Assembly (NCBI RefSeq): GCF_009834535.1
Contig: NC_045698.1
Location: forward strand, 10,728,001-10,792,000
Length of the DNA: 64,000 nucleotides
Source: Camelus ferus
Lineage: Eukaryota
Reading direction: 5' to 3'
In this document: piece after piece, positions 39,562 to 51,775 of the stretch
How the letters are laid out: each line of letters opens with the position of its first letter
How positions within the stretch are numbered: position 1 is the stretch's first letter
Program-made: the position numbers and the translations under genes
Notes under the pieces: generated by a model
What the model was told of the DNA's origin: nothing
Seen by the model: only the letters and a program-made list of their open reading frames with translations
Database searches by the model: none

Positions 39562-40099
39562 TGTGCCATCTCTTGTTCATAGTCTTCTTTTCATCTTTTT
39601 CTTTTTCTTTCTCTTTCCATTTTTTTCTTTTTCCCATCCTTCTTTGCATCTTCCTCTTAACTGCTGCCTATATTTCAGGCTTTCCAGGAAGACTGAAGCA
39701 CATTCACTTGGTGACAGAGGTGGAGGTCTTGCTTTTTTGCTAGATTTGAGACAATCAAGTCCTTAAAAACATTCACTAGACATATTGGGCTCTGCTAAAA
39801 AATTTGCCATGCTTGGATTCATGTCAATATGTGTATTGTGAACATAACTTTCTTCTTAAAACAACAGCAGGGAATTGCCTCTATTTTATCATCTATTTTT
39901 GGCTAATTCTTTTGACAAATTACTGTCAAATAGCTTTAAAAGAGACATGTTTATCACTTTTTAAATTTTTGTCCTCAAGAGTGATTTTTTTTTTAAAGCC
40001 AACATGATTGATATTTAATGTGAAAAAGTATGAGAACTAAGGACATTGGACTGGAATTTAAGAAATATGTTATTATTTACCGACAAAGCAATGGCTTTT

Positions 40100-42239
40100 T
40101 CCCCTTCAATTGAAGTAAAGTCCACAAGCCATACAATCAACCATTTGAAAATACACAATTCAGTGGCATTTAGTACATTCACAATGTCATGCGAACACTA
40201 CGTCTCTCTAGTTTTAAAACTTTTTTTATCACTCCAGAGAACAGCCTGTACATTAAGTAACACTCCCCATTTCTCTCTCCCTCAGTCTCCTGGGAACCAC
40301 TTATCTGCCTTTATGGATTTACCTATTTTGGATATTTCATATAAAAGAATCATGTTATGTGTAACCTTTTGTGCCTGGCTTCTTTCCTGGAGCATAATGT
40401 TTTCAAGGTGCATCAATGTTGCAGCATATATCAGTACTTCATTCTTTTTTTCTGGCTGAATAATATTTCATTGTGTGGACGTACCACAATTTGTTTATCC
40501 ATTGATATCTATGGACATCTGGGTTGTTTCCACTTTTTGACTATTGTGAATAGAGCTGCTTTGAACATTGGTGAACACATCTTTGTTTGAACATTTGTTT
40601 TCAGTTCTTTTGGGAATTCCACCTAGGGGTGGAATTGCAAAATTATATGGTAATCTTGTGTTTAACTTTTGGAGGAGTCACCAAATTGTTCTCCACAGTG
40701 GCTGCAGCATTTAAAAATTCCCATAAAAATGTATGAATGAGGGTTCTTATTTCTCTATGTCTTTGCCAATGCTGATTATTTTTCTTTCTTTTCCCCCATT
40801 ATAGCCATCCTAGTAGATGTGAAGTAGTATCTCACTGTGGTTTGATTTTTACATTCTTAATAACTGATGATGTTGAAACTCTTTTCCCATTCTTGTTGGC
40901 CATTTGTATACCTTATTTGGAGAAACGTCTATTCAAATTCTTTGTCCAGTTGTTAATTGGGTTATTTGTTTTTGCTGTTGAGTTGTAATAGCTGTATATA
41001 TTCTAGATACTAAGTCTTTATCAGATATATACTTTGCAAATATTTTGTCCTATTCTGTGGTTGTCTTTTTTCTTTCTTGATAACATCCTCTGATGCACAA
41101 AATATTCTAATGTTTGTAAAATTCAACTTATCTATTTTTTCCTTTTGTTGCTCATGCTTTTGGTGTCAAATTTAGGGTCCCATTACCAAATCCAAGGCCA
41201 TAAAGATTTGCCCCTTTGTTTTCCTCCAGTAGTTTTTATTTTTAAATCTTATGTTTATTTAAGTCATTGATCAATTTTGAGTTCATTTTTTTTATTATGG
41301 AGTGAGGTAAGACTCCTACTTTTTTCTTTTGCGTGTGTTTATACACTTTTCCCAGAACCATTTGTTGAAGAGACTGTTCTTTTCCCATTGATTGAGCTTC
41401 GCACCCTTGTCAATAGCTATTGGTTATAATTTTTGGATTTATTTCTGGACTATCAATGCAATGCCACTGGTCTATAAGTCTGGCTTTGTGCTAGTACTAC
41501 ACTGTTTTGATTACTGCAGCTTTGTAGTTAATTTTGAAATCAGGAAGTGTGAGTCTTCCCACTCTTTTTTTCTTTTTCAATATTGTTTTGGCTACTCAGG
41601 GCCACTTGGAATACCATATAGATTTGAAAATAACATTTCTATTTCTCAAAAAAAAAAGCCATTAGAATTTTAATAGGAACTGAATTTAATCTGTAGAATG
41701 CTTGGGGTGTATTGCTGTTTTAGCAATATGTATAAATCTTCCTATCCAAGAATACTGGCTATTTTTTTCATTTTATAGGTCTTATTTAACCTTCTTCCAT
41801 AACATTTTATAGTTTCAGATTTTGAGTCTTTCAGCTTTGTGATTAACTTTATTACTAGGCTTTTTTTTTTTTTTTTTGGATACTATTATAAATAGAATTA
41901 TTTTCTTAATTTCCTTTGTGGATTGTTCATTGCTAATGTATAAAATCACAGCTGATTTTTGTGTGTTGGTCTTCCACTTAACTTTGCTGAATTTGTTTAT
42001 TAGCTTTTGCAACTGTTTGGTGTATTCATTGGGATTTTCTGTATATAGAATCATGTCATCTGCAAATAAATATAGTTTTAATTTTTTCCTTTCCAATTTG
42101 GATGGCTTTTATTATTACTTTTTCTTGCCAAATTACTCTGGCTAGGACTTCCAGTCCAGTATTGAATAACAGTCTTGAAAATATGAATAAGACAAAGATG
42201 CCCATTTTCACTACTGCTATTCAACATTCTACTGAAAGT
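40100..42239 (-). mobile_element. about 2.1-kb L1MB-type element with a short 5' inversion
   Basis: RT motif in ORF 41815-42096 (KLYLFADDMILYTENP...LINKFSKV). Inverted L1 segment at 42181-42239. TSD aaag(c/t)aatgg(c/a)tttt at 40085-40099 and 42235-42249. Confidence 0.92.
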
Positions 42240-42884
42240 AATGGATTTTGTAGAACATTTTTCATTTATTCCAATTCACAAACTAAAGTCAGTGGTTTAA
42301 TAATGTCCCACTTTCCTGAGGTTGTTTTTGGCAAATTTGCTATCTAGAACTTAAAAATACTGAAATAGTCCTATTAGGAAGAAGATGGTGACTACCATCT
42401 GTCTTACCTGACTAGATCTGCTTTCTGTTAAAAGCCCATTGACCAAGAATCACGTCTAAAATTAGGGCTAATGATTTAGTAAGCTTGGTGTTTTCCTTAG
42501 TGACTTGTGGTTCTTTCTAGTTTATAACACATAATGAATTAAAAGTAGTGGAGAGAGTAGGGAACTGTCAACAGCTGACACTTGGGGAAATGACAGTTGA
42601 CAACAAGAGAACAGAAGAAACGCAGAGAGAGAGGGAATTCAGTTAAATGCTAAATGCTAACCACTTCAGTGACCCCACTGTGTCATCAGTGAGTTAGCAG
42701 TGAGAGACCGTATAATTTTTAGAATAACCCATTCAGTTCATTTAACAAAAAGTTTTATAAACATGAAATTAAAATGTCTTCTGAAGGGAAAGTTTCAATT
42801 TCATGGATTTTGTATTTACATTGCATATCTCCTTGTCAATGCCAGGGAAATGAGTCATTATATGAAATAATAGGACAATTTTTA

Positions 42885-43314
42885 TATATTTTTTTTATTG
42901 AAGTATAGTTGATTCACAATATTATATTAGTTTCAGGTGTACAACATAGTGATTCAATATTTTAAAGATTATATTCCATTTAAAATTATTATAGAATATT
43001 GGCTATGTTCCTTGTGCTGTACAGTGTATCCTTGTAGCCTATTTATTTTATACATAGTAGTTTGTACCTCTTAAAAGCTTACCCCTCTCATGCCCCTTCC
43101 CCCTCCCCTCTCCCCACTGGTAACCACTAGTTTGTTCTCTGTATCTGTGAGTCTGTTTCTGTTTTGTTATATCCATTCATTTGTTTCATTTTTTTTTTTT
43201 AGATTCTACACGTAAGTGATAACATGCCATTTGTCTTTCTCTTTCTGACTTATTTCACTAAGCAAATACCCTCCAGGTCCATCCATATTGTTGCAAATGG
43301 CAAAATTTCACTCT
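42885..43314 (-). mobile_element. L1 3' UTR fragment
   Basis: tattgaagtatagttgattcacaatattatattagtttcaggtgtac...ccactggtaaccactagtttgttctc...gttgcaaatggcaaaatttca. Confidence 0.9.
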
Positions 43315-43519
43315 TAGAGCAGTCTTTTCCAAGTGAGTTCTCTGACATATTTCTGGTGAAGGGGATATGGAAAGGATGTGAACCATCACGGTAACTCACC
43401 CCCGTGAAAATAAATTGATAGTTTTATTCTTTGAGACCCTTCATGGGGGTATTTGAGTATAGCTCTGCCAGTAAGTATTAAGCCAATGAACGGATGGTCA
43501 TTTCCTAAACAACTAGATC

Positions 43520-43647
43520 TATGGGGACCACGTAATTTATTGTTCAAACCAGGACCCTTTCAAGAAAAGGATGCACTATTAATTATACCAGGACAAAAGG
43601 TATAAACCGGTACTGTCTTGGGCAGACTGAGATGACTGGTCATTCTA
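43520..43647. mobile_element. MER94-like hAT-Blackjack MITE
   Basis: degenerate TIRs tatggggacca...tggtcattcta; internal taatttattgttcaaaccaggac and taaaccggtactgtcttgggcagac. Confidence 0.7.
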
Positions 43648-44541
43648 ATTAAAACCATTAGGACCACTTGAGTTTTTATTCTTAATGTTCTTGTTAATTT
43701 ACCATGGGCAAAATTAGTCACAAGAGAAATTTTTATTCGTCAAAGCTACAAGCCAGATTTTCAATGGAGAGGAAAATGAGCTAAGGGCCCATTGTTATGG
43801 TGGTTGCTCTTCTAGACTGGCCTATTCTGGTGATGTGAGGCTAGACTGAAGTCAACCCATATTGGTTTGATACTGAGTGTGGCCAAGACAGACCTGTCTG
43901 GTGGGTCTGGGTCCAGGCAAAGGCTGGGGTGAAGGGGACCTCACTTCAGCCAGGATCTTTTGGGCCGTTCTTGTGCCCCTCTCAGACTTCATATCAAAAC
44001 AAGGCAGCCTGGGACCACCTCGGTTGCACCAGGGCTCACACAATAGGGAGGAGTCCTAAAGTTTGGCTATAACTGGACTCATTCCAGGGATTAGCAGGAA
44101 CTGAGCAAGAAAACCCTTCTCATTAGGAATAGTTAGTTTCACTCCCTGCCATTTCCTTGATAAGTAAATTTCACAGCCAAGCAATCACCACATAATAAAA
44201 GCTATTACACGAACATACTCAATCATGTGGATGTCATCTACGATTCCAAGGGCTAAAGGTAGAGATGATTGAAAACCAGAAATGATGCAGTTTAGGTAAA
44301 CATGGTGAAAGTCATCTGTTGACTTCAGCAAGACCTTACGTTTAATAATTCTTCTCCAGTAAGTGAGCGTGAGTTTGTCCACCCCTACGATGAAGACTTA
44401 CGGGGAAAAGGCTGTTGGAAAATGGTAAAAGTAATGCAGGCCATCTGTGAGCATTTATTACGTAGTAGGCACAAGTCGTTTGCCTAAAGCAACGTGGTTA
44501 GTAGCAGAGAGGAGCAGAGCTGGAATTAAAATCCCATGTTC

Positions 44542-44749
44542 GAAACTGACATAACATTGTAAACTGACTATAACTCAATAAAAAAAAAAAACTCATAGTA
44601 CCCTGAACTGAAAAAGAATATAAGTATGTATATGTATGACTGAACTATCATGCTGTACACCAGAAATTGACACAACATTGTAAACTGACTATACTTCAAT
44701 AAAAAAAATTTAAAAAATAGCAAATAAAGTACGATCCAAAAAAAAAAAA
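44542..44749 (+). mobile_element. compound L1 3'-end insertion (two L1 ends, three A-tails) inside a MIR
   Basis: Perfect 14-bp TSD aaaatcccatgttc at 44528-44541 and 44750-44763. aacattgtaaactgactata occurs twice. Confidence 0.9.
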
Positions 44750-44794
44750 AAAATCCCATGTTCTTTTCACTCTGCTGTACTGACCCCCAATTGT

Positions 44795-45018
44795 AGACAA
44801 TGGAAAAGCGTTAAGATACAGATCAGGAACCTGGGTCCTAGTCATAGCTATGTCTTTAATAAGGGTAAGTCAGATGATTTTTCTGACTCATAGTTTCCTC
44901 GTTTGTTAAAGGAAGTTAATACAGGACCCATCTGAATTCCAGGGTGGTGGTGAACATCAAATGTGATGTGCTTTGAAAATACTTCTCATAGTATAAAGCA
45001 CTGTGAAAGCAGTTATTC
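44795..45018 (+). mobile_element. MIR SINE
   Basis: tcaggaacctgggtcctagtc...agtttcctcgtttgttaaagg...cagggtggtggtgaacatcaaatg...taaagcactgt. Confidence 0.7.
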
Positions 45019-45334
45019 AGATTCTGTCTTAATCACACTTGTAGAGTGACCTTTATGAAAAATTCTTTTAGTTTTTTCTGGATCTTCTTCTCTGTACTTA
45101 GAGATGCAAAAGATAGGGAGAGAAAGGTCACCCCCACCACCTCCCACATTCATCCCAGGAATTTCTTGTAAATACTTTTCAAAATGATTTCTATGGAGGT
45201 GCCTTTGCTGGCTATTTTAGGAGTTGTTTGCAGGTAACAATTTCTACATAGATAAGCATAATTCTGAGTTATCTCCTACATCTTCAGTCCTTACTAAGAA
45301 TTCCTGAGATTTTAAATGTTAAGAGATGCTGATA

Positions 45335-45700
45335 AGACAACTTAAGTTTTAAGTAATAGAAGTCTTCAACTCAAATTGATTCAAACATAAGGAAACACAA
45401 GGGAGTTTTCCATCTTACTTAATAAAAATTTCACAGGTAAGGCAGCTCCTGCTGTGGTATCTCAAAGCCTTAGATCTGCTTTCTGGAAATTTTATTTACT
45501 TTGACCTTCACCACGTGTTGATATCATGGCTGTGATTCCAGGTCTTAAAGCATATAGGGCATCCTCCAAAGGATAAAATGAAAACTTTCCCCCAAAGTTC
45601 TCTGGCCAGGATTGTACTGAATGCCACCTCTAAGCTAATTACCAGCAAGAGGAATGGGGTCACCATGGCTCATCATTTGAAGTGGGATGGATCTGAGGGA
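45335..45700 (-). mobile_element. old MLT1(J/K)-like MaLR LTR
   Basis: aagtaatagaagtcttcaactcaaattg...ggtaaggcagctcc...tggccaggattgtactgaatgccacctctaagctaattaccagcaagaggaatggg. Confidence 0.55.
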
Positions 45701-45788
45701 GTCAACCACCAGTACTACCGTAATAAGAGATTGGAAGGACTGAACCATTTGACAATAAGTAACTTTCAGGCAAACTCTTCAGAGTAGA

Positions 45789-46192
45789 CTTTTTTTTAAA
45801 CTGAAGTATAGTCAGTTACAATGTGTCAATTTCTGGTGTACAGCATAATGTTCCTGTCATACATATACATGCATATATTCCTTTTCATATTCTTTTTTCA
45901 TTATGGGTTACTACAAGATATTGAATATAGCTCCCTGTGCTATACAGTAGGAACTTGTTTATCTATTTTATATATAGTAGTTAGTATCTGCAAATCTCGA
46001 ACTCCCAGTTTATCCCTTCCCACCCCCTTCCCCCCTGGTAACCATAAGTTTGTTTCCTATGTCTGTCAGTCTGTTTCTGTTTTGCAGATAAGCTCATTAG
46101 TGCCTTCTTTTTTCTTTTTTTAGATTCCACATGAGTGATGTCGTTCAGTATTTTCCTTTCTCTTTCTGGATCACTTCACTTAGAATGACGAT
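45789..46192 (-). mobile_element. young L1 3' UTR fragment
   Basis: aactgaagtatagtcagttacaatgtgtcaatttctggtgtacagc...ttagattccacatgagtgat...cttcacttagaatgac. Confidence 0.9.
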
Positions 46193-46659
46193 AAGGCTGT
46201 TTCATTGATGGGGTGACAAAGCTTCTGCCATTTTGCACACATTATCACCCACACAGATCACAGCCAGTGTGAAGAAACAGATAGCATTGTACTTGTTCTG
46301 TTGCCACATTAACAGATTTCATGATTTCTTTGTGACTTCTCTGGGGAGGTATGTGAAGGATGGAGTGTACCTGTCTCTTTTTCCCAACTGGAATATCCAC
46401 CACAATGCAAGTATATTCATTCCAGTAATTTTGCACACAAATTTCAAGGTAGGCCTTTTGGGAAATTCTCTCTTAGCTTCCAGAAATGTATGTGAGACTC
46501 TAATATGTTTCCAAGCATGAGTATTAACAATATTTTGTTAATGTTGGCATCCTGGAAACTCAGAGAACGTTGATGATCACCAGGGAAGCCTCTGGAATGG
46601 CATTTTGTAGGCTCCTCTTCCTCTTCATTGATGCATTTGCTCAAAGTGGTACATCACAG

Positions 46660-46870
46660 CTGTGAAGAGTGGGGTGCTCTGGAGTTGGTCTACTTGGATT
46701 CAAGGCTTGGTGTTCCATTACTTACCAGCTGTGTGACCTTGAGCAAATTAATTAGCTCCATATCTCAGTTTCCTCTTTGGAAAAATAAGCAGAATAATAA
46801 CACCTACCTCACAGGGCTGTGCAGCTTCAATTAGATAATGTACAAAAGGCACTCGGCCTAGCATCTAGCC
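46660..46870 (+). mobile_element. MIR SINE
   Basis: acttaccagctgtgtgaccttgagcaaatta...ctcagtttcctc...cacctacctcacagggctgtg. Confidence 0.9.
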
Positions 46871-48340
46871 AGGAGATATTAATTGATCTTTGTAATTAAT
46901 CTTTCCAATCCATGTTTGTTACTACTATAATGACTGTATTACTGCTGCCACCGCCACAACTATTACTGTGTATCAATGGCTGTATTGTCCCGAACAACAG
47001 GAAAAGGGTGAAACTGGTGTATTCTCATACTGTGATTTGGTGGGGCAGAGGCTGGAGAGAGAAAAGTGCGAGTTAGCTCAGTATCACGATCAAACGTCTT
47101 ATTTCTTTGAGGAAATAAGAAGAAACTGAAGTGGAGACAAGGAATGGGAGACTTCCTTTCCTCTGGATGGGATGAAATACAGGAGTGATAGATTTTAAAC
47201 CATGCACCCTGTCTCTGTTTTTCAGTTAGCTGAGCCTGCAGTTCCAACTGAAAACATTTGAGATGAAAGAAAATTAATCTTTTTGGAATGGCAGGGGACA
47301 GCTGATGTATTCCAAGAGGAGACTGGTTATCCCTTACGATGATGACTTTTGCGTGAAGAAATAAGCCTCAAGGTCTTGGCAAGGGAGAAATGGTAACTCT
47401 GAAGTCTGGCATCTCTCTCCTGAGTGATTTGTTGACTCGGTTTTAGCTGAGTGTTTTTTGTATTAGCCTGTAGTCAATCCAGCTGGAATACTATGACCTA
47501 GTGCCGAAAAGCCAACTAACTAGTTGGAGACATTCCTATCCGTTCCTTGACAAAGGAGACAATTCTCACCTGATGAAAAGAAATAATTAGCAAGACATTA
47601 TGTATGTTTTGGTGGAATGGAACGTGCTCTTCTTGGTGAAAGCTTGTTGGAATAAGACATTAAATTCCTGTTTATTTTGTGTCTTCATCTACCAGTCCAC
47701 AATGGCAGCTGTTTATCGTGTTCATAATCAGAGCCACCCTCGTTTGAGGAACCGCTTCTTTTATTCAATCCCCTGAAGGAAATATTTGAGAACCCTAAGC
47801 TTCTGATATCAACTGAGATAATCTGCTGATGAATTCCTGATCCGGACAACTCGCCCAAACTCTCCTGTAACTTGTTCCCCTGAATGAGTGGCATCTGTTT
47901 AATATATCGTGCGATGCTTACCCTCTGCGTTTTTTTCCTTTTCTGACTTCTGTCCCTTTTCTTACATTTGAGTGAACATTCGATGTTATGGCAGGAACAA
48001 CTCATTATGCTTATGATGAAGCACAAAAACTGTCTAGAAAAATATCTACTGACCATTTACCCATGAACCATGACTAATACTTATCTAAATGGAATGAAGG
48101 GTAATGACTCCAGAAGTTCATAGGAAAAAAGGGAAGGGCTCAGTGTTTCATAGCAGTAACAGTTGAATAGCTATTTCCTCTTTTTTTTACAGAATTTTTT
48201 ACCCTTTAGTCTCAAATTGCTTAGCAAAAACTCTCTTACATACCCTAGAATAATTCCTTTTGAAAAGCCTTATAATACTGTCCTCAGTAATATTTAATAT
48301 CATATTCTCTATAATATTAGAGAAGTAAAAAAACGCTTTG

Positions 48341-48391
48341 TGCTGTACACCAGAAATTGACATGTAGCTGACTATACTTTAATTTAAAAAA
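48341..48391 (+). mobile_element. about 50-bp L1 3'-terminal fragment
   Basis: tgtgctgtacaccagaaattgacatgtagctgactatactttaatttaaaaaa. Confidence 0.75.
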
Positions 48392-48455
48392 GCACCCTTG
48401 AGGGTGACCAAATTCATCAAAAGAGATCATTTTTAAATTCTCCTAGCGCAAGTCT

Positions 48456-48465
48456 GTGACGTCAC
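48456..48465. promoter_or_regulatory. candidate full CRE (CREB/ATF) palindrome
   Basis: gTGACGTCAc in non-repeat DNA with several retained CpGs nearby; function untested. Confidence 0.3.
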
Positions 48466-50578
48466 TAGCTGCTCACCCCGACTCCCCGCTCACCACGTTG
48501 GGAGCAGCAGCTGTGTTATATGCTTTTGTGAAAATATTTTCTGGAATTTAAACCTCAGGGTTTCTTGCCCTTGATTTTAGTTTTTTAATATAGTCAGAGA
48601 AGGCAGAGATCTTCCATAGAGGCTGAACTTCTTTTATGCTTTGGAATTAAAAAAGGTAAAAGTGGTAGATATTCCTTTCATTGACTGCAGTCATTTCTTG
48701 AACTTAATATTTCACTTCGGGGGAAAATTAATTCCTCAGAGAGCACATTTTGGCTTCAAGGTGCAAGGCAGTGAAGCACCTGGTGTAACATCCTGACACG
48801 GGCACCTGGATGCTCTGCTTTCCCCCAACACCTCTGTGGACAAATGAAGAGAATCGTCCAGCTGAAAATCCCACCTTCTATATTTATAGACCCAGGAAGC
48901 CTCAAGCCGTGACCTGCCTTTCCTTCATTTTCTGTGGAAAACTAACCTATCAAACCACATCAAGTCAAATCAAACGTACTTTTAATCTTAGACATTATTT
49001 CTGGGTTATCTTTTCACTTCTCTGCACATACGATGGCTCAGCAGGTTAGAAACTGTGACCTTAGCTTGGTTCAGAAATAACCCTCTGAATTCATTATCCT
49101 GCTCCTGTTTAACAAGCAGGATTTGAGGAAAAATCTCATTTGATGTATTTTTATTCTCTGTTTGAATTCTATTAAGCACCAAACAAAAATAAAAATAAAT
49201 CGTAGTTAAGACGAACAGAAAATCTTAAGTCTATTGGACACATCCAAATCCTTATATTCACAGAACTCTTTCTTCCTAATTTCATGGTCTCAGAGAACTG
49301 CATGATCTCTAGATATTCACAGAGACAGGCATGAGCTCCAGGATCACCTGACTTCAAATCCCAAACCTGACAGCTACTTACACTGTCATGTTAAATGTAG
49401 TTCCGTTTCTGTACCTTACTCACCGATTTGACATTTATCAAATCCTCACACAAAAGTGTAGGTTGGAGAAATGACAAGATCATATTATTTAATAGACTCT
49501 TAAAGTCAACAAATAATAATGAAGTTTAACCTTAGATATCTTTTTGTTTGTTGGGGGTTCAAATGAGTGTTGGCTAATATGCAGATATATTGCTTAGGAT
49601 GGGCTTCCATTTCAGGACAGGGATTAATTGTCTGAAGTCATGTGGGGCTTGAAATAGTGTATGAAAGGGAATTGTGTCGAAGCTCAATTTTTCATAGAAA
49701 TGACAAGATACCCTGTCTAATCAGCTATAAATGATGTATCTAAGGAGAAATATTACAGCCTGAAAAACACATGCATTAGACCCTGTAGCCCTATAGTTAA
49801 TCATACAAGGCTGCGTTTAGAGTTATATAGTATAATGCATTGTTCAAAATTCTCATTTTCACCAGCCCTGCCTTATTTTACTGTAGCATGCGTCGAGTGA
49901 GTAAATAGATACACCGGGGTCGTGGAGCCGAGAAGGGATTTCTGGAGGAAAATTTCTCAGGCAGCTTTGATTATTCAAGCCGTTGGCTTTCATCTGATGT
50001 CATACCAAGCCTATCTGTTATCTCCATAGACTTGTTTAACTTTTGATCTCTCCTTAGGTAGCTGTTTCTTCCAAAAATCAAAACTCCCCTTCTACTTAAA
50101 CGATGGCTGACTTGAAGGTACGTAGCCTTGAGCGCGAGCCTGCGTCTCCAAAGCAAGGCTTTCTGTCCAACTCAAAGGCCAGTGTTGTTTTCTGCAAAAG
50201 CACAGCTGTCAGCGGAGCTGGGTTTTTCTGCTGTTGTTTATGATTAGAGACATATATGACTTAAGTGATGGAATTGGCTTTAAACAATCATAACAATAGA
50301 TGCATCTATCCACAAGGTGGGCATTAGATTGGCTCAAATAATAGAACATTTTCGGAATTCCCTTGGGAGGGTTTATTGCCCACACAAGGGAATGAGTCAT
50401 TGTATTATATTGAGGGTTTGGTCCCTGGTTCTCTCATTTTCTTTCTCTGTGTCATCACTTGACTTTCATCCGGTCTTACCCTGCTTTCTTGGTCACTGTA
50501 GTTCACTGTTCATGAGTCTGTGAGCAAGCCAACCCTCTCTCTGGACCCCTCTAGAATCTGCAATCAAAAACTTCCTGG

Positions 50579-50882
50579 ATCTCATGAATATAGAAAACAA
50601 ACTATGGTTACCAAAGGGGAAAGGGCGGCGGGGGGATAACTTAAGGGTTGGGGACACACGTTATAAAAATATAAAATATTTTTATTTTATATATAAAATA
50701 TATATAAAATAACAAGGACCTACTGTATAGCACAGGGAACTATATTCAGTTTCTTGTAATAAGAGATAGTGGAAAAGAATCTGAAAAGAAAATATATAAA
50801 TGTATATGTTTAACTGAATCACTTTGCTGTACACCTGAAACTAACATTTTAAATCAACTACACTTCAATAAAATTTTTTTAG
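50579..50882 (+). mobile_element. L1 3' end (older subfamily: ...gtacacctgaaactaac...aaatcaactacacttc)
   Basis: atagaaaacaaactatggttaccaaaggggaaag...gacctactgtatagcacagggaactat. Flanked by aaaacttcct at 50567-50576 and 50883-50892. Confidence 0.9.
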
Positions 50883-50892
50883 AAAACTTCCT

Positions 50893-51126
50893 AGTAGTAG
50901 GGATAGATTGGGAGTTTGAGGTTTGCAGATACTAACTACTGTGTATAAAACAGGTAAACAATGTTTCCATTGTATAGCATGGGGAACTATATTCAATATC
51001 TTGTAGTAAACTATAATGAAAAAGAATATGAAAACAAATATATGTATGTCTATGTATGACTGAAACATTATGCTGTACACCAGAAATTGATGCAACATTG
51101 TAAACTGACTATACTTCCATTAAAAT
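50893..51126 (+). mobile_element. L1 3' end (younger subfamily: ...gtacaccagaaattga...taaactgactatacttc)
   Basis: gggatagattgggagtttgaggtttgcagatactaac. Followed by a third copy aacttcct at 51127-51134. Confidence 0.9.
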
Positions 51127-51679
51127 AACTTCCTGAGAACTAAATCAATCTTTTTCTACAACAACTCAGCCCAAATCAAAGATCCAAGAGAATGATTTCT
51201 CTCCATTCATCAAATTATCTTCTGAACTCAGTTTGTCTAAATGTCTTCGATTTCCCATATCACAGGTTTCTTTCCAGCATGTCCATCACCCACCCAGAAA
51301 GGTGATGTAGTCTCCTACCTCTGTTGTACATCTCCTCTTGTCTTCTTCAGGAAAATGGTAGCGTTTCTAACTCTCAGTTATTATTACCTGATTAACAGTC
51401 AAACTGAGAGTACTTCTACTTTATACAGGATTGCTTCTCTGTGTATTGAACTTTTTCATTGACATCCTTAAATTTTTATCTAGCAGTTACCATTAATGTG
51501 TGGTGGCCTTAAATAAAATTAATAACTAACGTCCTTGGAATGATCCCTCCCCATCCCAAGTCCTTTCTATACAAAATTAATGAGATGTTTTTTTAAACTG
51601 GAAGTATTTGAACGGCTTTCACATAGTTAAACTTCATAGGGAACTTCTGCTTATCTAAGACTTTTAAAGATTGTCCTGG

Positions 51680-51775
51680 AGTGTTATTTCCATGAAGTCA
51701 CGAGTCCTCCTGCGCACCACTGCATTTCCTGTGCTTAGAACGGTGGTGGGCACACAGTACATTCTTAATGACTAT
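51680..51775 (+). mobile_element. L2 3' end fragment
   Basis: caccactgcatttcctgtgcttagaacggtggtgggcacacagtacattcttaat. Confidence 0.65.

Noticed and set aside
47685..48056. 123-aa minus ORF
   Set aside because: No recognisable protein similarity, promoter or exon evidence.
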